Notes under the pieces: model-generated
Seen by the model: only the letters and a program-made list of their open reading frames with translations
Told to the model about the DNA's origin: nothing
Database searches by the model: none
Source of the DNA: Crocosphaera subtropica ATCC 51142
GTDB taxonomy: Bacteria; Cyanobacteriota; Cyanobacteriia; Cyanobacteriales; Microcystaceae
NCBI RefSeq assembly: GCF_000017845.1
Contig: NC_010546.1
Span: forward strand, 1,590,001 to 1,622,000
Reading direction: 5' to 3'
DNA length: 32,000 bases
Part shown: positions 28,135 through 32,000 of the stretch, in pieces
Numbering within the stretch: position 1 is the first letter of the stretch
Layout of the letters: each line of letters begins with the position of its first letter
Program-made: the position numbers and the translations under genes

Positions 28135-30591
28135 CTAAAATAAAACCAAGAACTGATAGTAAACTCCCCAGATAGCCATCGCTCTTAAATAATGACACGC
28201 TCTAAAGGTTCCGACGGCGGTTATCGCTTCAGGAGTCCGAAACTGTAAGCCATTTTCATACACTTGTTTAACCACAGCTTCAGTTAATTTTAAAGCTTCA
28301 TCTTTCATTCCCATTTGTATTAGGAAAGAGGCTAAACCAAAATTAATGCCTGTCCAAACTTCTTGGGGATGGGTTGAGTTCGGATCTTCTGGGGTTCCAT
28401 CAGGTTTCATACCATTGGCAGCCCCATATTTTCCGTTTTGAAACTTCAAGAAACAAGCTTCATAAACCTTCTTTAAAGCAGATAGTGCATATTGCTGTTC
28501 AACCACATCGGGTAAACCTAATAAACGAGCGTAAAATTGACCTGATAATTGATCCGCCATTACCACATCGGAACCACTTTCACTATCCAGTTTATAGTAT
28601 TCCCCATTCCATAAAGTGGAATGATAAATAGCACGAGATTGTTGTAACCATTGCTGATATTTATCTAGTTCTTTTTCAATAGATTTGGGATAATTTTCAG
28701 GTTCTAATTGTGGATTTTGGGGAGCATTTTCTAATAAGATTTCTCCTATTTTAATAGCAGCTTCTAAAGCAGCAATCCATAACGCCCCACAATAAGCACT
28801 AATTCCCCGTAATTCCCAGTCATCAAATGTCTGATCCGGTGCGCCAGAATTTTCGGGAATACCATCATTATCTAAATCAAATGCTTTGAGATAGTTTAAC
28901 GTTTCTGGAATCGCTTCCCAACATTCCCATAAAAATTCAATATCATCCGAACCCGTTAACAGAAAATCTCGATAAACTTGTAAAACAAAATCGCTGCCTA
29001 AATCTTTCCAAAGATTACAATCTTGATAGCTTGTATAATTAGTTTTTTCCCAAGGATGTTCGTTAGGCGCACCCAAATCATGGGGCGTTGCACCTTTGGT
29101 TTTCCTGATTCCTTCAGCTTGGTTATAACCAATAATTCTAACAGTATCATCACTGTTAGGAATTGCCCGTGCAAAGGCCTCCATAACGGCTTTTTCTAAG
29201 CGAGGCCATAACATCAATAAGCCAAACGATCCATATAATCTGACATCTAAACTTTCATACCAACGATAATCCATCGATTCTAAGACACCAAATTGTCCGA
29301 TGGGATCAGTTTCAGAAGCTGCCGTCCAAAGGGTCCCCCCATCAGTTAATAAATATAATTCATTAAACAAAGCCATCTTAAACCAGTCTGGTAAATCGTC
29401 TCTATTTAAGATAGGATTTTGCCATTCTTCTATTTTTTCACGCCACACATCCGAATGTTTTAAAGCGGTTCTAACCATTGCCCAACCATTCTGTCCATTA
29501 CGACCAAAAAAATCAGTATAACGACGATAATATTGAATCCCTTGGGCAAATTCTGTTACGGGCAAATCCCAGGCTAAAATGAAGGGAATTTTTTTGACTC
29601 TTCCTGGTTTAACGGTGAAACGGATGGCCATCGCTGCTGCAATTTGCTCTCCAGGTTCGGCCGGTGTTTCATCCTCTTGATCCGGTAATGATCCATTCAT
29701 AGCAAAATGATCCCAAACCTCAGAACCATCGCCATTCGGATTCCATTTTCCCAGATAAAAAACCTCTACACTAGGATTAGTAACACTGGCGATACAGATT
29801 TGTCCTTCTCCCTCTTGCACTTGTTGATGGGGTTGTAATCGATTTAGAATAAAACCCACCCGAAAATTATCTTGTATCCATTGATTAAAATTCCCCGTAC
29901 TATGACCCCATCGGGGTTGATATTCATACTCTGGACTACCATCATCCCTAACAGTAATTTCTGGAGATTTAATGGCATTGGTAAACCAGCCGACAATATT
30001 TTGCCAAGTGAGCATGATACTGAGGGTAATGGGTTTATCGGTAGGGTTCTTTACCGTCCATTCAAATACTCCAATGGGATAACTGGTTTCTTGATAGTTA
30101 TCAGGGATAATAGGAGAAAACTGTTCACAATAAATTTCGGCTTGAAAGACCCCTTCATACTGATACCAACTACAGGGATAAAGTGCCGAATAGGTTCCCT
30201 TTTCTGTGGGATACCAAGCCCAACGAGACAGGGTATTATCTTCTGGGGGTTCCGTGGCTAAGGCATAAGCTTGTGCTGTGCCATTTTCAGGTTGCTCAAA
30301 AATACTAAACTGACAAGATGGGATACTTTTAAAAATATGTTCCCCCCCATCTAAGTGCCAGAGGTTAAAATCACCACGAGGCGATCGCCCAATACAACCG
30401 GAACCGAAGCCACCGATGGGCATTCCGTGCCAAGGACCGTCATCTAAATTACTCGCATAGCGTACTGTATAGGGGTTATCCCATCCTTGACCGATAGGAC
30501 GTTTCCAAGCGCAAGAAGGGATGTTTGGGAGGGAAAATAAAGTCTTCATGGGATCATATTTTAGAACATGAAGGTCATTCGGAACAGTCAT
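28135..30591 (-). CDS. GH116-family beta-glucosidase (GBA2-type glucosylceramidase-like; DUF608)
   Basis: 818-aa ORF with an N-terminal GBA2-type segment (HGMPIGGFGSGCIGRSPRGDFNLWHL) and a large C-terminal (alpha/alpha)6-like region (LFNELYLLTDGGTLW, ESLDVRLYGS). Confidence 0.8.
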   Translation of the reverse strand: MTVPNDLHVLKYDPMKTLFSLPNIPSCAWKRPIGQGWDNPYTVRYASNLDDGPWHGMPIGGFGSGCIGRSPRGDFNLWHLDGGEHIFKSIPSCQFSIFEQPENGTAQAYALATEPPEDNTLSRWAWYPTEKGTYSALYPCSWYQYEGVFQAEIYCEQFSPIIPDNYQETSYPIGVFEWTVKNPTDKPITLSIMLTWQNIVGWFTNAIKSPEITVRDDGSPEYEYQPRWGHSTGNFNQWIQDNFRVGFILNRLQPHQQVQEGEGQICIASVTNPSVEVFYLGKWNPNGDGSEVWDHFAMNGSLPDQEDETPAEPGEQIAAAMAIRFTVKPGRVKKIPFILAWDLPVTEFAQGIQYYRRYTDFFGRNGQNGWAMVRTALKHSDVWREKIEEWQNPILNRDDLPDWFKMALFNELYLLTDGGTLWTAASETDPIGQFGVLESMDYRWYESLDVRLYGSFGLLMLWPRLEKAVMEAFARAIPNSDDTVRIIGYNQAEGIRKTKGATPHDLGAPNEHPWEKTNYTSYQDCNLWKDLGSDFVLQVYRDFLLTGSDDIEFLWECWEAIPETLNYLKAFDLDNDGIPENSGAPDQTFDDWELRGISAYCGALWIAALEAAIKIGEILLENAPQNPQLEPENYPKSIEKELDKYQQWLQQSRAIYHSTLWNGEYYKLDSESGSDVVMADQLSGQFYARLLGLPDVVEQQYALSALKKVYEACFLKFQNGKYGAANGMKPDGTPEDPNSTHPQEVWTGINFGLASFLIQMGMKDEALKLTEAVVKQVYENGLQFRTPEAITAVGTFRACHYLRAMAIWGVYYQFLVLF

Positions 30592-30605
30592 TAAAAAAAC
30601 CTTTT

Positions 30606-31415
30606 CTAAGAAGGGGTGGGTAAGCTTTCTAAATAACGAAGAAATTCTAATAATTCCTCATCAGATAATACTTGACGCGATCGCTTTCCATAGGTTTTGA
30701 TTAAATATTCTCGACCTTGTTCGGTTGTCCATTTTAATCGTTTTAATTCAGCATTAGAACGGGCAATAATTTCAGAAAAGTCAAGTTCTTCTTCTTCTAC
30801 CATTGGCGGATTTTCGTCGATTTTTGGTTCTTGAATAGGCTCAGGGGTAGGAATATTCTTGTCTTCGATTTCTGGTTCTTCTATTTTTGTTTCTGTGGGA
30901 GTGACAGGAATGGGTAAAGGTTTCTCTTCTATTTCTGGTTCAACTGGTGATGTTTTTTTACTGTTTTCTGTAGATTTCGCTTGTTTTTTAGTTGATTTGG
31001 TTACGGTTTCAGTAGTTGATTTAGTGACGGGTTGTGTTTCTTTTTCTATCTCTTTAGGTTCTTCTTTTTTAGCAGCCTTAGCAACGGGTTCAATGGGTTT
31101 TTCTGGGGGAGGTGATGCCACTTCAACTTTAGGTTTAGGTTGAGTGGTTTCTTGAGGCAATGGGGAAGATTGAGTGACTATTTTTTCTACTTTTTCCCTA
31201 GGTTTATTATCGAGTTCAAGACTTTTTAATGCTCTTTCTCTAGCTCGATCTTCTGCTGTTTCAATGTTACTATCTGCTGCTAATCCTGTCCCTAATGTTA
31301 CACCATTATTCTGTAATAATACCCTGACAATATATTGACCATGATCGATGGTTACTAACTCGCTCACTAAACTTCCTTCAGGATAATGTTTTCGGAATTG
31401 GCTTAACATAATCAA
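30606..31415 (-). CDS. hypothetical protein: small N-terminal alpha/beta domain, about 130-aa P/E/K/T-rich linker, basic helical C-terminal domain
   Basis: 269-aa ORF. The low-complexity centre has internal repeats (TKSTTETVTKSTKK; EPEIEEKP / EPEIEDKN). It ends 14 bp before the GH116 gene on the same strand. No family recognised. Confidence 0.6.
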   Translation of the reverse strand: MIMLSQFRKHYPEGSLVSELVTIDHGQYIVRVLLQNNGVTLGTGLAADSNIETAEDRARERALKSLELDNKPREKVEKIVTQSSPLPQETTQPKPKVEVASPPPEKPIEPVAKAAKKEEPKEIEKETQPVTKSTTETVTKSTKKQAKSTENSKKTSPVEPEIEEKPLPIPVTPTETKIEEPEIEDKNIPTPEPIQEPKIDENPPMVEEEELDFSEIIARSNAELKRLKWTTEQGREYLIKTYGKRSRQVLSDEELLEFLRYLESLPTPS

Positions 31416-31546
31416 TGCCTCTTTGTTCCCAATTTTTTTTAAGTTAACTTGTACTATTATAACAAAAGTTCTACTAAATTTTTAGTTTCCGAGGCCGTAG
31501 CCTCGAAAAAAATAACAGAAGTTTTAAATTAGCTACAATTCACCTT

Positions 31547-32000
31547 TTAACCGTTAAGTAATTCTTGCAAGGTTTCTGTTGCTAAACGGGCGCCATAACA
31601 GGTGACAATTTTAGAAGAAGCACGAGAAGCTAAATCACCAGCTTGAGCATAGCTCATGCCGTGGGTAAGACCATATAAAAAAGCTCCAGCATACATATCT
31701 CCTGCACCCACAGTATCAATAGCTTGGACTGGGTAAGCTGTTATTTCTATCAATTCTTGACCATCAAAAACCACTGATCCCTGAGATCCTCTAGTAATAG
31801 CAAATCCTTTAGATAACTTTTTAAAATAGGCGATCGCTTCAGAAAAATCTTCCGTGCCTGCCATTTTTAGGGCTTCTGATTCATTAGCAAAAATAAAATC
31901 TGTATTTGAGCCGATTATTTCTAGTAATCCCTCTTTAAAAAAGTCGACCATGTTGGGATCAGATAGGGAAAATGTCGTTTTAACCCCAGACTTTTCAGCA
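31547..32000 (-). CDS. PfkB-family carbohydrate/nucleoside kinase, C-terminal part (gene runs off the right edge)
   Basis: PfkB signature [16 protein letters not shown]. The reading frame stays open upstream of the track Met ([21 protein letters not shown]...) through to position 32000. Confidence 0.8.
   Translation of the reverse strand, partial: AEKSGVKTTFSLSDPNMVDFFKEGLLEIIGSNTDFIFANESEALKMAGTEDFSEAIAYFKKLSKGFAITRGSQGSVVFDGQELIEITAYPVQAIDTVGAGDMYAGAFLYGLTHGMSYAQAGDLASRASSKIVTCYGARLATETLQELLNG

Noticed and set aside
30859-31143. 94-aa plus-strand ORF with G/S/V-rich repeats.
   Set aside because: It is the mirror image of the P/E/K/T-rich low-complexity linker of the minus-strand gene. There is no independent support.
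31489-31512. Hairpin CGAGGC-cgta-GCCTCG followed by A7, downstream of the PfkB kinase gene, considered as its terminator.
   Set aside because: On the transcribed (minus) strand the U-run precedes the stem rather than following it. On the plus strand the stem is followed by A residues. Neither orientation gives a canonical intrinsic terminator.

Overview
This is a cyanobacterial chromosomal window. The evidence is HIP1 octamers (GCGATCGC) scattered through the core genes, psb28, two plant-type petF genes, menE, a bvdR-like gene, and STRR-like heptamer arrays in intergenic DNA. About 28 genes are supportable. Left to right: fabD (partial)-fabH-plsX, map, a DnaJ/CbpA-like gene, frmA, a transglutaminase-like gene; accessory islet 1 (Uma2 nuclease, MNT/HepT toxin-antitoxin pair, an E/K-rich gene broken by a homopolymer frameshift); putA; accessory islet 2 (orphan HicB-like gene convergent with a stand-alone reverse transcriptase); then moaB, psb28, a DinG-like gene, ldhA, maa, glgP, pyk, menE, petF x2, a bvdR-like gene, a GH116 glucosidase, a P/E/K-rich hypothetical and a PfkB kinase (partial). 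No rRNA, tRNA, CRISPR array or transposase was recognised. The best candidate for an undescribed system is the 496-aa reverse transcriptase at 14027-15517 (minus strand). It has all catalytic RT motifs plus a roughly 220-aa helical C-terminal extension, and none of the usual partners: no intron RNA or maturase, no retron msr/msd, no DGR repeats, no cas genes. It sits in a visibly AT-rich, HIP1-free insert between putA and moaB, so it looks like a single-gene UG/Abi (DRT-like) defence RT. Its family cannot be assigned by eye. All calls come from reading the supplied translations and the sequence; no database search was run.
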